Source of the DNA: an uncultured Alphaproteobacteria bacterium
GTDB taxonomy: Bacteria > Pseudomonadota > Alphaproteobacteria > SHNJ01
Reading direction: 5' to 3'
Assembly (NCBI GenBank): GCA_964647725.1
Contig: CAZYJI010000004.1
Coordinates: 52,633-116,632 of the forward strand
DNA length: 64,000 nucleotides
Positions 10,510 through 20,656 of the stretch are shown here, piece by piece. Both the position numbers and the translations under genes were made by a program. How positions within the stretch are numbered: the stretch's first letter is position 1; each line of letters opens with the position of its first letter. The notes under the pieces were generated by a model. It was not told the origin of the DNA and searched no databases. It saw only the letters and a list, made by a program, of their open reading frames with translations.

Positions 10510-10919
10510 ACACCTACTTGCACAACGTCCGCGAATTTGGCGCGGAAGATTTGTTTTTGCATCAGACTGCGTTTCATGTGATCCATCGCCGCATCGACGG
10601 TGGCTACGTTTTTATAGGCATACATGACCGGCGCTACATCGCCCATGGATGGCCGGCTGACGGCACTGATGGCCAATGGCGCAACGGCTGGTTTGCCGAC
10701 TTTCATATACCGTTTTTGTGGAACCGGTTTATAAAAAGTATTTCTGATCGCTTTGCGCGCTGGATTTACGGCCGCGAATGCCAATCCACCGCAAGTCAAA
10801 GCCAATAATTTGTACGAAATTTTCGCTGGCAGGAATGCAAGGCTAGCGGCCATTTTAAAACTGCCAGTGATCGCGAAAAACACGAAACGGCAAACATAAC
10901 GGGATAAATTGAAATACAT
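10506..10919 (-). CDS. hypothetical membrane-associated protein
   Basis: 137-aa ORF with hydrophobic N-terminal segments. It is convergent with xthA and their stop codons overlap. A CtrA-type box lies upstream. Confidence 0.5.
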   Translation of the reverse strand: MYFNLSRYVCRFVFFAITGSFKMAASLAFLPAKISYKLLALTCGGLAFAAVNPARKAIRNTFYKPVPQKRYMKVGKPAVAPLAISAVSRPSMGDVAPVMYAYKNVATVDAAMDHMKRSLMQKQIFRAKFADVVQVGV

Positions 10920-11064
10920 GCCAAACCTGTTCTTTTATAGTTGTTTTATGGGTTCAGAATATATGGCGGGGGTTAGCAAATAGTTTAAATTAGCTAAAAT
11001 GTACGATAGTAAATTACGGCGGATATAAAGGTCACAGATATGGCCGTGAATGTGGCAAGAAAAA

Positions 11065-11080
11065 TTAACGCTTTATTAAC
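11065..11080. promoter_or_regulatory. CtrA-type box TTAA-N7-TTAAC
   Basis: The sequence is ttaacgctttattaac. It lies about 150 nt upstream of the minus-strand ORF that starts at 10919. Confidence 0.4.
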
Positions 11081-11085
11081 CAGCA

Positions 11086-11114
11086 CATAAAAAAGCGCCC
11101 GATTGGGCGCTTTT
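11086..11114 (-). terminator. rho-independent terminator of the small ORF 11137-11370
   Basis: Stem aaagcgccc / gggcgcttt with loop gatt. It is followed on the minus strand by TTTTTTAT. Confidence 0.6.
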
Positions 11115-11136
11115 GCAAATAAGAATAATCAAAGCT

Positions 11137-11370
11137 CTATTTCCTACTGCCTCTGGTACTTACTGCCTCTTCAGCAACTTTCCGCGCAACGGCAGAAGCA
11201 CTTAGAAGAGCTTGGGTCTGTTCAGGCCTATCACTTAGTTCCAGAAATTCGGCTGCAGAAGCGCCATGATGACCTGTCGAAGGAGTCAATCCGGTTTTTC
11301 GCGCATTCATTCTTCTAATAGTATCGGCCTGTTCTGGGCGGCCGTCCATTTCCCAAATTGTTAAATCCAT
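11137..11370 (-). CDS. hypothetical small protein (77 aa)
   Basis: AGGAG lies 6 nt upstream of the ATG and a terminator hairpin follows immediately downstream. I recognise no family. Confidence 0.5.
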   Translation of the reverse strand: MDLTIWEMDGRPEQADTIRRMNARKTGLTPSTGHHGASAAEFLELSDRPEQTQALLSASAVARKVAEEAVSTRGSRK

Positions 11371-11450
11371 TGATGGCTCCTATAACTTTTAATTTTGAAG
11401 CATAGTATACTTTTAGGATACAACAATCAATAATAATTTAAGCAATAAAG

Positions 11451-14183
11451 TTACCCAGCAATCCGTTTCAGGGCTGATTGCAATTTTTCCTGAATCTCGG
11501 CCGCTTCGGCGCGTTTTTCACGTACCTCTTCTACTGCGTCTTCGGCGGCGTTTTCCATGAATTTAGGATTGTTCAACTTGGCATCCAACTTGGCCAGCTC
11601 GTCGGCCAATTTCTTCATTTCTTTTTCCAGGCGCGCGCGTTCAACGCCAAGGTCGATTACATCGGCGACCGGCAATACGATGGTTGCATCGCGCACGATA
11701 CCGACCACTGCGCCTTTCGGCAAATCGCCGACGACATGATTGATGTCTTTCAACCGGGCCAGGCGCATGATGACATCGCGGTATTGATCCGCCTGCGCTT
11801 TTTTCGCAGGGCTGATATCCTTGAACAATAACGACAATGGCGCGGATGGGGAGATGTTCAACTCCATGCGCAGCGTGCGCACGGTGCTGATCACATCGAT
11901 CAACCAATTGACTTCATCGGCCGCATTTGCATCGACCTTAATCGCATCGTATTTCGGCCATGGTTCGGTGATCAATGGGCGATCATGATTGAACGATAAT
12001 TTTTCCGACAATTCCTCGGTAATGAACGGCATGAATGGGTTCAACATATGCGTCAATTGCGAGAGTGCCCAGGCGGTGGTTTTGCGTACTTCGGATGCCG
12101 CGATGATATCTTCGCTGGCCAGAATCGGTTTGGTGAATTCCAAATACCAATCGCAGAAACTGCCCCAGGTGGTGTGATACAGCATATTGGCCGCTTCATC
12201 GAAACGGTAATCCGCAATCGCCGCGGATAATTTCTTTTCCAATTGCACGATTTCACCGATGATCCATTTATTGATCACGTTGGTGGCGGTTGCGGGATCG
12301 AAATTCGCATCGAACGCGCAGCCATTCATTTCGCAAAACCGCGCCGCATTCCATAATTTGGTTGCGAAACTGCGATATCCGTTTATGCGGTCGGTAGACA
12401 TTTTAATGTCCCTGCCCGGCACCGATAACGCCGCCAAGGTGAATCGCAACGCATCGCAACCAAATTCATCGATGGTCGATAATGGGTCGATCACGTTGCC
12501 CTTGGTTTTCGACATTTTTTGTCCCTTGGCATCGCGCACCAAGGCGTGGATATAAATTTCGCGGAATGGCACGTCCTTGATAAAGTGCATGCCCATCATC
12601 ACCATACGCGCCACCCAGAAGAAAATAATATCGAATCCGGTTACCAAAACATCGGTTGGATAATACCGTTTTAATTCATTCCAATCGGCGCGCTTATCAT
12701 TGCCATTTTCCCAGCCAAGCGTTGAAAATGGCCAAAGGGCGGAAGAAAACCAAGTATCCAGAACATCTTGATCCCGAACCAGCACGATAATTTTATCGGT
12801 GTTTGCCGTGCGGGTTTCGACCGGCTTGTTCGGATCGTTCTGCACGTATACTTCGGTATTGTTGTAATGTTTTTCGGCTTGTTTGATAACATCCGCGTCA
12901 TCCATGCCGACAAAAACTTGCCCGTCCGGGCCGTACCAGGCAGGGATCTGATGCCCCCACCATAATTGGCGCGAAATGCACCAGGGCTGGATATTTTCCA
13001 TCCAGCTGTAATAGGTATTTTCCCATTTTTGCGGCACGAATTTAATTTTGCCCGTGCGCACCGCATCGATCGCCGGTTTCGCCAGCGTGACGGCATCGCA
13101 ATACCATTGATCGGTCAAATAAGGTTCGATGACGACGCCGGAACGGTCGCCGTGCGGAATGACCATGGCGTTATCTTCGATTTTTTCCAGCAATCCAAGC
13201 GATTCCATCTCTGCTACGAATTTTTCACGCGCCTTGAAACGGTCCATGCCGCGATATTCGGTTGGTGCCAATTCATTTAAATGGGCAGTTTTATCGAACA
13301 CATTCGGCATTGGTAAATTATGGCGTTTGGCGATTTCGAAATCGTTAAAATCATGCGCGGGGGAAATTTTGACCGCGCCACTGCCCTTTTCCCGGTCGAC
13401 ATATTCATCGGCAATAATTGGCAAAACATAATCCACCATCGGCAATTTGACTTTTTTGCCGATCAGTTTTTTATACCGGTCGTCTTCGGGATGAACCGCA
13501 ACCGCCGCGTCGCCGCCAAGCATGGATTCAGGGCGCGTGGTGGCAATCGTGATATAGCCATCCTCGCCAACCAGCGGGTAATGCAAATACCATAATTTGC
13601 CTTTGGTCGGGCGCTGTTCAACCTCCAAATCCGAAATCGCGGTTTGCAATTTTGGATCCCAATTCACCAAACGTTTATCGCGGTAAATCAATTTTTGTTT
13701 GTGCAATTCGACGAATACTTTGCGTACGGCATGAGATAAACCATCATCCAGCGTAAAGCGTTCGCGGTTCCAATCGGCGCTGGCGCCAAGGCGACGCAAT
13801 TGGCGGGTGATCGCCCCGCCCGATTCTTCTTTCCAGTGCCATACTTTTTCAAGGAATTTTTCCCGGCCCAAATCATGGCGGGTAACTTTTTGCTCGGCCA
13901 GTTGGCGTTCGACCACCATTTGCGTGGCAATCCCGGCGTGATCGGTGCCCGGCATCCACAACGCATCGCGGTTGGCACGGCGGTAATAACGAATCAGAAT
14001 ATCTTGGACTGAAAATGTCAACGCATGGCCCATATGCAAATTGCCGGTCACATTGGGCGGTGGCATCATGATGGTATAAGGTTTTTTAATCGATCCCGGA
14101 TGCGCGGCAAAGGTACCGGCCTGTTCGGCCCGTTCGTAATGTTTCTTTTCAATTTCGGCCGGGTTGTATGTTTTATCGAGCAT
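11451..14183 (-). CDS. valS: valine--tRNA ligase
   Basis: 910 aa with PPPNVTGNLHMGH (HIGH), KMSKTKGN (KMSKS) and a C-terminal coiled coil. Confidence 0.98.
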   Translation of the reverse strand: MLDKTYNPAEIEKKHYERAEQAGTFAAHPGSIKKPYTIMMPPPNVTGNLHMGHALTFSVQDILIRYYRRANRDALWMPGTDHAGIATQMVVERQLAEQKVTRHDLGREKFLEKVWHWKEESGGAITRQLRRLGASADWNRERFTLDDGLSHAVRKVFVELHKQKLIYRDKRLVNWDPKLQTAISDLEVEQRPTKGKLWYLHYPLVGEDGYITIATTRPESMLGGDAAVAVHPEDDRYKKLIGKKVKLPMVDYVLPIIADEYVDREKGSGAVKISPAHDFNDFEIAKRHNLPMPNVFDKTAHLNELAPTEYRGMDRFKAREKFVAEMESLGLLEKIEDNAMVIPHGDRSGVVIEPYLTDQWYCDAVTLAKPAIDAVRTGKIKFVPQKWENTYYSWMENIQPWCISRQLWWGHQIPAWYGPDGQVFVGMDDADVIKQAEKHYNNTEVYVQNDPNKPVETRTANTDKIIVLVRDQDVLDTWFSSALWPFSTLGWENGNDKRADWNELKRYYPTDVLVTGFDIIFFWVARMVMMGMHFIKDVPFREIYIHALVRDAKGQKMSKTKGNVIDPLSTIDEFGCDALRFTLAALSVPGRDIKMSTDRINGYRSFATKLWNAARFCEMNGCAFDANFDPATATNVINKWIIGEIVQLEKKLSAAIADYRFDEAANMLYHTTWGSFCDWYLEFTKPILASEDIIAASEVRKTTAWALSQLTHMLNPFMPFITEELSEKLSFNHDRPLITEPWPKYDAIKVDANAADEVNWLIDVISTVRTLRMELNISPSAPLSLLFKDISPAKKAQADQYRDVIMRLARLKDINHVVGDLPKGAVVGIVRDATIVLPVADVIDLGVERARLEKEMKKLADELAKLDAKLNNPKFMENAAEDAVEEVREKRAEAAEIQEKLQSALKRIAG

Positions 14184-14293
14184 GCGGGAATCCTATGGTA
14201 ATGAACCCATGTTTTGTAAAGGGTTTTACAGATAAATTGCAAGACTTAATGCGGATTCGGCATGCACGGCACGCTATGCCATGCTGGTGAAAT

Positions 14294-14524
14294 TTACCTA
14301 GAGCTTTTACCGCGTTTGCGTCCCCAGAAAGCAACAGCCAGGCCAATGCCCATCAAAGCTATGGAACCCGGGCTGGGTACAAAAATTGTTGTGGCATTAT
14401 CCTGCGCAGGGTCGCCTGTGCTAGGAACGACAATACGTGCGGAATTCCAGGCATGCTGACCCAAAAAAATGGGCAATGCCATGTCAGGGGTCTGACCATG
14501 ATCGGTATTAGGCAAATCGTTCAA
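14294..14524 (-). CDS. small protein with a PEP-CTERM-like C-terminal sorting signal
   Basis: The C-terminus VPSPGSIALMGIGLAVAFWGRKRGK has the shape VP-x-P, then a Gly-rich TM helix, then a basic cluster. It has a TTG start with GGAG upstream. No clear signal peptide is present. Confidence 0.4.
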   Translation of the reverse strand: MNDLPNTDHGQTPDMALPIFLGQHAWNSARIVVPSTGDPAQDNATTIFVPSPGSIALMGIGLAVAFWGRKRGKSSR

Positions 14525-14647
14525 TCTCGTTGCTCCGTAATTTTATTTTCCTTCTTGTATCATAAAAATTGCTGCAAAGCAATAATTTCCAGCTTACATA
14601 AGGAAAATCAATTAATTACAGGTCGAAATTAAATAGATATTGTAGGA

Positions 14648-14689
14648 ATAAAAATAAAAAGCGGGGGCCCTACAGGGAAGGACCCCCGC
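14648..14689 (-). terminator. rho-independent terminator of recA
   Basis: The minus strand reads gcgggggtcc-ttccctgta-gggcccccgc followed by TTTTTATTTTTA. It lies 48 nt after the recA stop. Confidence 0.7.
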
Positions 14690-14736
14690 TATCATGGCAG
14701 CTGCAAGAAGCCATGAATTTTATTTATATGGAAAGA

Positions 14737-15849
14737 TTATTCTTCGTCGCCACCATCGTCTTTATCGTCCGTTGCTTCCGGCCCTTTGGTCATTTTATTG
14801 GCCAGATTGGCGGCATTGGCGCGAAGCGCGGCTTCTAATTCCGCAGCAATCTTAGGATTATCCTTTAGATATTGCTTGGCGTTCTCGCGGCCCTGGCCGA
14901 TGCGGTTGTTTTTATAAGAAAACCACGCGCCCGATTTTTCGACCAGATTGGCGGTTACGCCCAAATCCAGCAATTCTCCGGTTTTGGAAATGCCTTCGCC
15001 GTACATAATATCGAATTCAACGGTACGGAATGGCGGCGCCAGTTTGTTTTTAACAACCTTAACCCGGGTCGATGATCCAACGATTTCCTCCCCAGCCTTG
15101 ATCGCACCAGTGCGGCGAATATCCAAACGGACCGAAGCATAGAATTTGAGCGCGTTGCCGCCGGTTGTGGTTTCCGGATTACCGAACATCACCCCAATTT
15201 TCAAACGGATTTGGTTGATGAAAATAACCGTAGTGTTGGAACGGGAAATAGAACCCGTCAATTTCCGCAAGGCTTGGGACATCAGGCGCGCATGCAATCC
15301 CATATGCGAATCGCCCATTTCGCCTTCTAATTCCGCCTTTGGCACAAGCGCGGCGACCGAATCGATAACCAAAATATCGACTGCCCCCGAACGAACCAGC
15401 GTATCGGCGATTTCCAGCGCCTGTTCACCCGAATCCGGTTGCGAGATCAAAAGATTGTTAATATCGACGCCCAATTTCTGCGCATAAGTAGTATCCAGCG
15501 CGTGTTCCGCATCGACGAAGGCCGCCGTGCCACCCTTTTTCTGCGCTTCGGCAACCACGTGTAGTGCCAATGTGGTTTTGCCGGAACTTTCCGGTCCATA
15601 AATTTCAATAATACGTCCCTTGGCCAATCCGCCAATGCCCAACGCCAAATCCAAACCCAAAGAACCGGTCGAAATCGTTTCGACCTCAATCTTGTCTTGG
15701 GTTCCCAATTTCATAATGGAACCTTTACCGAAAGAACGTTCAATCTGCGACAAGGCCGCTTCGAGAGCGCGTTTTTTCTCAGGATTCTCTGCGGATGTTT
15801 TTTTGCTGTCTTTTTCGTTGCTAACGGCGCGAAGCGAAGGATTGGCCAT
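14737..15849 (-). CDS. recA: recombinase RecA
   Basis: Canonical RecA sequence: [10 protein letters not shown], Walker [10 protein letters not shown], and an acidic C-terminal tail. Confidence 0.98.
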   Translation of the reverse strand: MANPSLRAVSNEKDSKKTSAENPEKKRALEAALSQIERSFGKGSIMKLGTQDKIEVETISTGSLGLDLALGIGGLAKGRIIEIYGPESSGKTTLALHVVAEAQKKGGTAAFVDAEHALDTTYAQKLGVDINNLLISQPDSGEQALEIADTLVRSGAVDILVIDSVAALVPKAELEGEMGDSHMGLHARLMSQALRKLTGSISRSNTTVIFINQIRLKIGVMFGNPETTTGGNALKFYASVRLDIRRTGAIKAGEEIVGSSTRVKVVKNKLAPPFRTVEFDIMYGEGISKTGELLDLGVTANLVEKSGAWFSYKNNRIGQGRENAKQYLKDNPKIAAELEAALRANAANLANKMTKGPEATDDKDDGGDEE

Positions 15850-15900
15850 GATTTTTCCCCTGTGGTGGATGGTGAATAGGACTTATCGAATAACTCGAGT

Positions 15901-15929
15901 GTACACGTTTTGTTCTTTTTTACAAGAAC
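15901..15929. promoter_or_regulatory. candidate LexA/SOS operator upstream of recA
   Basis: GTACacgttttGTTC is one mismatch from the alphaproteobacterial GTTC-N7-GTTC box. It overlaps the palindrome GTTCTT-N6-AAGAAC. Confidence 0.3.
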
Positions 15930-15994
15930 CTATTTTTTATTTTCAAAATAATGGTGGAAAACTGTGGTTTTGCTTATTTACCAGAAACTTAGAC

Positions 15995-16900
15995 CTAGGG
16001 AATCCGGCCCCAACGGCGATGCAGCCACAACCACTGGTCGGCCCCGATCTTCGCGCTGATCCACTGCGCGTATTTTTCATTAACCCGTTTTGCAACCTTT
16101 CGAATCGCCTCGGCGGGATCATCGGGCAAGGACATTGTTTCCGGTAAAATTGGCGATTCGTACATCAGATCAAATTTACATGGGTCATTATCCCTGCCCC
16201 TGATGCAAAAAACCGGCACAATCGCGGCATTGTACCGCAATACCAATTTGATCCATCCGGTGCCGGTCATCGCGGGCTTGCCCAGGAAATCGATTTCTTC
16301 GCCATCGCTCATCCGTTGATCCATCAACAACGCAACACACCCGCCGCCGGACAATGTTTCGATCATTTGTTTAGATGCTTGCCGTCCCTTGGCCGCGAAA
16401 TTATGGCCGCTGCCAGCGCGGATTTTTTGGATAATCCAATCCATATAAATATTATTGGCGCGGCGATAAACAACGCTCACCTTCCATCCCATTTTTTGCC
16501 AATGATACGGTAAAATTTCCCAATTGCCCAAATGCGCGATCAAAAATACAACTGGCCGCTTAGCAATCAAACCCCCTGCTGCTTTTTCACCGCCAACCGA
16601 AACATCCTTATCATCAAACCGCAACCGCGACAGGCCGGGATATTCCGTAAAATTGCGGCCTAAATTATCCCACATACGCGTGATAATTTGTTCCTGCCGT
16701 TCGGGCGGCAAATCCGTCCAGACATGTTGGATATTTTTACGTGCCTTACGCGAAATGCCCAGGTGCGGACCGATCACACGCGCCAGCCCGCCGCCGATAT
16801 TGGACGATACGCGGAATGGCAAAATCCAAAATATGATTTGCAACAACGCCACCAGCGCCGCAAGCAATGGGTCTAATAGATATTGTTTTAAAAAAGTCAC
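15995..16900 (-). CDS. lipid A biosynthesis lauroyl/late acyltransferase family protein (LpxL/HtrB-like)
   Basis: N-terminal TM helix, an AHLGNWE motif, and a length and layout typical of the family. Confidence 0.8.
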   Translation of the reverse strand: MTFLKQYLLDPLLAALVALLQIIFWILPFRVSSNIGGGLARVIGPHLGISRKARKNIQHVWTDLPPERQEQIITRMWDNLGRNFTEYPGLSRLRFDDKDVSVGGEKAAGGLIAKRPVVFLIAHLGNWEILPYHWQKMGWKVSVVYRRANNIYMDWIIQKIRAGSGHNFAAKGRQASKQMIETLSGGGCVALLMDQRMSDGEEIDFLGKPAMTGTGWIKLVLRYNAAIVPVFCIRGRDNDPCKFDLMYESPILPETMSLPDDPAEAIRKVAKRVNEKYAQWISAKIGADQWLWLHRRWGRIP

Positions 16901-16906
16901 TGGGGA

Positions 16907-19444
16907 TTACGCTCCCATCAGCTCTTTAACTTTACCCGCAAGCTGCTTCAGGCTAAACGGTTTCGGCAAGAAATGGATATTCTGATCGCCGCCAATTTTT
17001 TCGCGCAGCGTATCTTCGGCATAACCGGAAATACAAACCACTTTGATATCCGGCATGATTTTGCGCACTTCGCGGATTAACGCGGGGCCGTCCATGCCGG
17101 GCATCATCACGTCGGTGACCAGCAGATCCAGTTTCGGGCGGTCTTCGATAATCATTTTTAATGCCGCATCGCCGCTAGCGGCTTCTAAAACTTTATATCC
17201 TTTATTACGTAACGCGCGGGTACTGAATGAACGTACCGCATCTTCGTCTTCGACCAATAAAATCGTGCCGACGCCGGTTAAATCGCTTGTGTTCTGATCG
17301 TCGCTTTCAGCTTCTGGTTTTGCTTGCGCTTCTTCGCCGCCCATATGGCGCGGCAAGAATACGGTGAATGTCGTACCGACATTGATGGTGGAATCTACAA
17401 TAATAAATCCGCCCGTTTGTTTGACGATACCGTACACGGTTGAAAGGCCCAGTCCCGTTCCCGCCCCTGGTCCTTTGGTGGTAAAGAACGGTTCAAAGAT
17501 GCGGGTTAAGTTTTCCTTTGGAATGCCAACGCCGGTATCCTTGACATCGATTTGTACATATTCGCCGGCCGGAATAACTTCGGATCCAAAATTGGCCGGG
17601 GTTTCAAACGTGGCGTTTTGGGTGCGTACCAACAACTCGCCGCCCTTTGGCATCGCGTCGCGCGCATTGACCACCATATTGATGATCACTTGTTCGAACT
17701 GAACTTGATCGACCTTTAACAATCCTAAATCGCGGCCATGGGTAATGTTCAATTTGATATTCTCGCCGATCAACCGGCGCAATAAATTGGCCAGTTCTGA
17801 TAAAATATCGGTGATGTTCAATACGCGCGGCTTCAATTGTTGCTGGCGCGAGAATGCGAGCAATTGGCGCACCAAATTCGCCGCGCGAGTGGAGTTTTGT
17901 TTGATTTGCTGAATATCGCCGAATGATTGATCGCCTGGACGATGGCGCAACAATAACAAATCGCAATAGCCCATAATCGCGGTCAGAATGTTATTAAAGT
18001 CATGCGCGATACCGCCGGCCAACTGACCGATCGCTTGCATTTTCTGCGATTGCACGAATTGGACTTCGAGGTTTTTCTGTTCGGTCACGTCGACGAAATG
18101 GATGACGAATCCGACGACAACGCCATATTCATCCTCCAACCTGCTAATATATAACGAGGCGACTTTTTCTTGCGCGGTTAAAACCTTGGTTTCCAGGATC
18201 GGCAACATATCGGTCGACGACATGGCGAAGGTAAAAATATTGGCAAGTCTTTCGCGATCGTCTTTCTTAATCGCATCCGCCACCGCACGGCCCTCGACCT
18301 TGCCAAGGGTTTTTTCCATCATCTTACGGAAAGTACGGTTGGCTTCGGTAATTCGGCCATTCAAATCGACCAGCGCGATACCCACCGGCGCGTCTTCGAA
18401 GAAACGTTTGAATAGCAGACGCGAACGTTTAAAGGCAGTTTCGAGGGCAATGTTGTTATCCATATGCCGGATAATCAAACCGCCGCCACGAATCGGATTT
18501 TCTTCCGCCTTGTCGGCGGAAAGTTGTTTTAAATTTACCTTCACCAATGTGGCATTAAACGTAACGCCCTTTTTATCTTTTAATGTGACCGAACTGATTT
18601 TTGGATGATCATCTCTGTCTTCCGTGGCGTTAACATCGCCTTCGCCTTGCGCGATCAGAAATTCATCCAGCTTCAATTTTTTACTGATAATTTCTCCGGG
18701 CGGCATGGCCAACCAATCCGCCATGGTATTGTTGATACCGATAATGATCCCTTCTTCGCCGAGGGTAAAAATACCGATCGGCACTTGATCGATCACATAC
18801 TGCAAAGCCGCCAGTTCCGGAGCGAGGTCCTGGTGCGTGCCGCTGCGCTGCGCATTTTGTACAATGCGCCAAACCGACATGCCGCGAAAACCCTTTAATG
18901 GCGCGGCCGCGACCAGCATCCGGGCGTTATAATTAGTGGGGGAATAAATACGGGTGGTCACCTCGCCGCTTTTGCCTTCGGACGCGCTGCTGCGCAGTAC
19001 GGAAAGATTATACCGCCCTTCCCTATCACCTTCGATCATCATTTTATCGAGCGCGGCTAATAATGGTTCATTTTTATTGGTGACAAAGCGGCCAGCGGAA
19101 AAATTGGATGAAAAGGTCCGGCCATCTTGGCCCAGAATTAATTGCGCATCATATGCGTATTCGAATGCGTCCCGGTAAATTTGCGATTCGACCACGCTTT
19201 GCTGTAAGCGTTGGAACTGGCGCAAGCTGAACCATAAAATCACCGCCAAAGATACGGAGATACCGATAAAAATATATAAAAGAACGCTTGGAAAATCGAA
19301 TTCGGTAAAAAAATAATAAAATACCAGATAAAAACTGGCGGCCATGGTTGCGCCAAGCAGCCATAAAATCGGGCTGACCAACACCGCGCGGCTTTGCTTG
19401 TTGGCCGGATCGTCCGTTCTAATATCTTCGCCTTTTAACAGCAC
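16907..19444 (-). CDS. cckA: cell-cycle hybrid histidine kinase CckA
   Basis: Two N-terminal TM helices and PAS regions. The DHp region QLAGGIAHDFNNILTAIMGYCDLLLLRH...NLVRQLLAFSRQQ is highly CckA-like. HATPase and C-terminal receiver domains follow. Confidence 0.85.
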   Translation of the reverse strand: MLLKGEDIRTDDPANKQSRAVLVSPILWLLGATMAASFYLVFYYFFTEFDFPSVLLYIFIGISVSLAVILWFSLRQFQRLQQSVVESQIYRDAFEYAYDAQLILGQDGRTFSSNFSAGRFVTNKNEPLLAALDKMMIEGDREGRYNLSVLRSSASEGKSGEVTTRIYSPTNYNARMLVAAAPLKGFRGMSVWRIVQNAQRSGTHQDLAPELAALQYVIDQVPIGIFTLGEEGIIIGINNTMADWLAMPPGEIISKKLKLDEFLIAQGEGDVNATEDRDDHPKISSVTLKDKKGVTFNATLVKVNLKQLSADKAEENPIRGGGLIIRHMDNNIALETAFKRSRLLFKRFFEDAPVGIALVDLNGRITEANRTFRKMMEKTLGKVEGRAVADAIKKDDRERLANIFTFAMSSTDMLPILETKVLTAQEKVASLYISRLEDEYGVVVGFVIHFVDVTEQKNLEVQFVQSQKMQAIGQLAGGIAHDFNNILTAIMGYCDLLLLRHRPGDQSFGDIQQIKQNSTRAANLVRQLLAFSRQQQLKPRVLNITDILSELANLLRRLIGENIKLNITHGRDLGLLKVDQVQFEQVIINMVVNARDAMPKGGELLVRTQNATFETPANFGSEVIPAGEYVQIDVKDTGVGIPKENLTRIFEPFFTTKGPGAGTGLGLSTVYGIVKQTGGFIIVDSTINVGTTFTVFLPRHMGGEEAQAKPEAESDDQNTSDLTGVGTILLVEDEDAVRSFSTRALRNKGYKVLEAASGDAALKMIIEDRPKLDLLVTDVMMPGMDGPALIREVRKIMPDIKVVCISGYAEDTLREKIGGDQNIHFLPKPFSLKQLAGKVKELMGA

Positions 19445-19584
19445 AGTGAAAAACCTGAATCGGTCGGGAGAAAAAATACTTAGTTTTCAAAGATATGCCC
19501 TTACCACAGGCAAAGCAAATGATTTCTGAGCGTATTGGTACGCCAGGGGAAAACCAAGGCAAAAAAGCATCTGCATGGCTAAGA

Positions 19585-20652
19585 TTATTTGCGTTTCTTG
19601 AATTTCATCACGAACGAAATGACTTCGGCAACGGCCTTGTAATGTTCCACGGGGATATCTTCGTCGATTTCGACCGTCGCATATAAAGACCGTGCCAATG
19701 GCGGGTTTTCCATAATCGGCACTTTGTGTTCTTCCGCCACGGCGCGAATACGCAAGGCAACGGCATCCACCCCCTTGGCCACCACGCGCGGCGCGCCCAT
19801 TTTTTCGCCTTCATACAACAAAGCGACGGCATAATGGGTCGGGTTGGTGACAACCACAGTCGATTTCGGCACCGCCGCCATCATGCGTTTTCTGGCCCTG
19901 TCGGCCCGAATCTGGCGAACCCGCTGTTTGATCATCGGATCGCCTTCCGATTGCTTGTATTCGTCCTTTAATTCCTGCCGGCTCATACGCATTTTTTGCA
20001 TAAAGGTCAGGCGTTGGTACAACCAGTCGACAACCGCAATGGCGGTTAAAACCGCAACCACCACCATCAAAACCTTGCCGGTTAGATTATACAGAGCCTT
20101 TAGTAAATCCGGCATATCGTAATGAATAAAATCCGGCGCTTGATCAAACATGGGACGTACGATCAGATAAATCACGCCGCCCACAATACAGATTTTAATA
20201 ATGCCTTTGACCAGCTCGACCACAGAACGCATCGAGAAAATACGTCCGAACCCCTTCATCAAAGAAATTCTTTCCAATTTCGGTTCAATATGATCGGGGG
20301 CGAATAAAATTCCATTCTGCAAAGCATGCCCCAAAAATGCGGCCGCCATTAACAGTAGGAATGGCAACAGCATCGTTACTATTACTTTCAATACAAGATC
20401 GGTTAAAAGATCGCCGATGTTGTTATCAGTGAACATCAAGTCTTGGGGGTGTTCCCAAAGTCCCACCAAATCCGAATACATATTTTTGGCGAACATCGGA
20501 CCGAACATCAACACCACGATCCCGGCCGCCAGGATCATAAACCAATGGGTAATTTCGCGGGATTGCGGGACTTGGCCCTTCTGTCGCGCTTCATCCAGCT
20601 TTCGTTGACTGGGATCTTCGGTTTTATCGGAATCGTCTGATTCTTCGGACAT
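19585..20652 (-). CDS. flhB: flagellar export apparatus switch protein FlhB
   Basis: 355 aa with a SEESDDSDKTEDPSQRKL start, 4 TM helices, and the NPTH autocleavage motif (VVVTNPTHYAVAL). Confidence 0.95.
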   Translation of the reverse strand: MSEESDDSDKTEDPSQRKLDEARQKGQVPQSREITHWFMILAAGIVVLMFGPMFAKNMYSDLVGLWEHPQDLMFTDNNIGDLLTDLVLKVIVTMLLPFLLLMAAAFLGHALQNGILFAPDHIEPKLERISLMKGFGRIFSMRSVVELVKGIIKICIVGGVIYLIVRPMFDQAPDFIHYDMPDLLKALYNLTGKVLMVVVAVLTAIAVVDWLYQRLTFMQKMRMSRQELKDEYKQSEGDPMIKQRVRQIRADRARKRMMAAVPKSTVVVTNPTHYAVALLYEGEKMGAPRVVAKGVDAVALRIRAVAEEHKVPIMENPPLARSLYATVEIDEDIPVEHYKAVAEVISFVMKFKKRK

Positions 20653-20656
20653 CGCT

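Noticed and set aside
11103-11318. 71-aa plus-strand ORF opposite the 77-aa minus-strand ORF
   Set aside because: It starts inside the terminator hairpin and has no Shine-Dalgarno sequence. The minus-strand ORF has AGGAG and a matching terminator.
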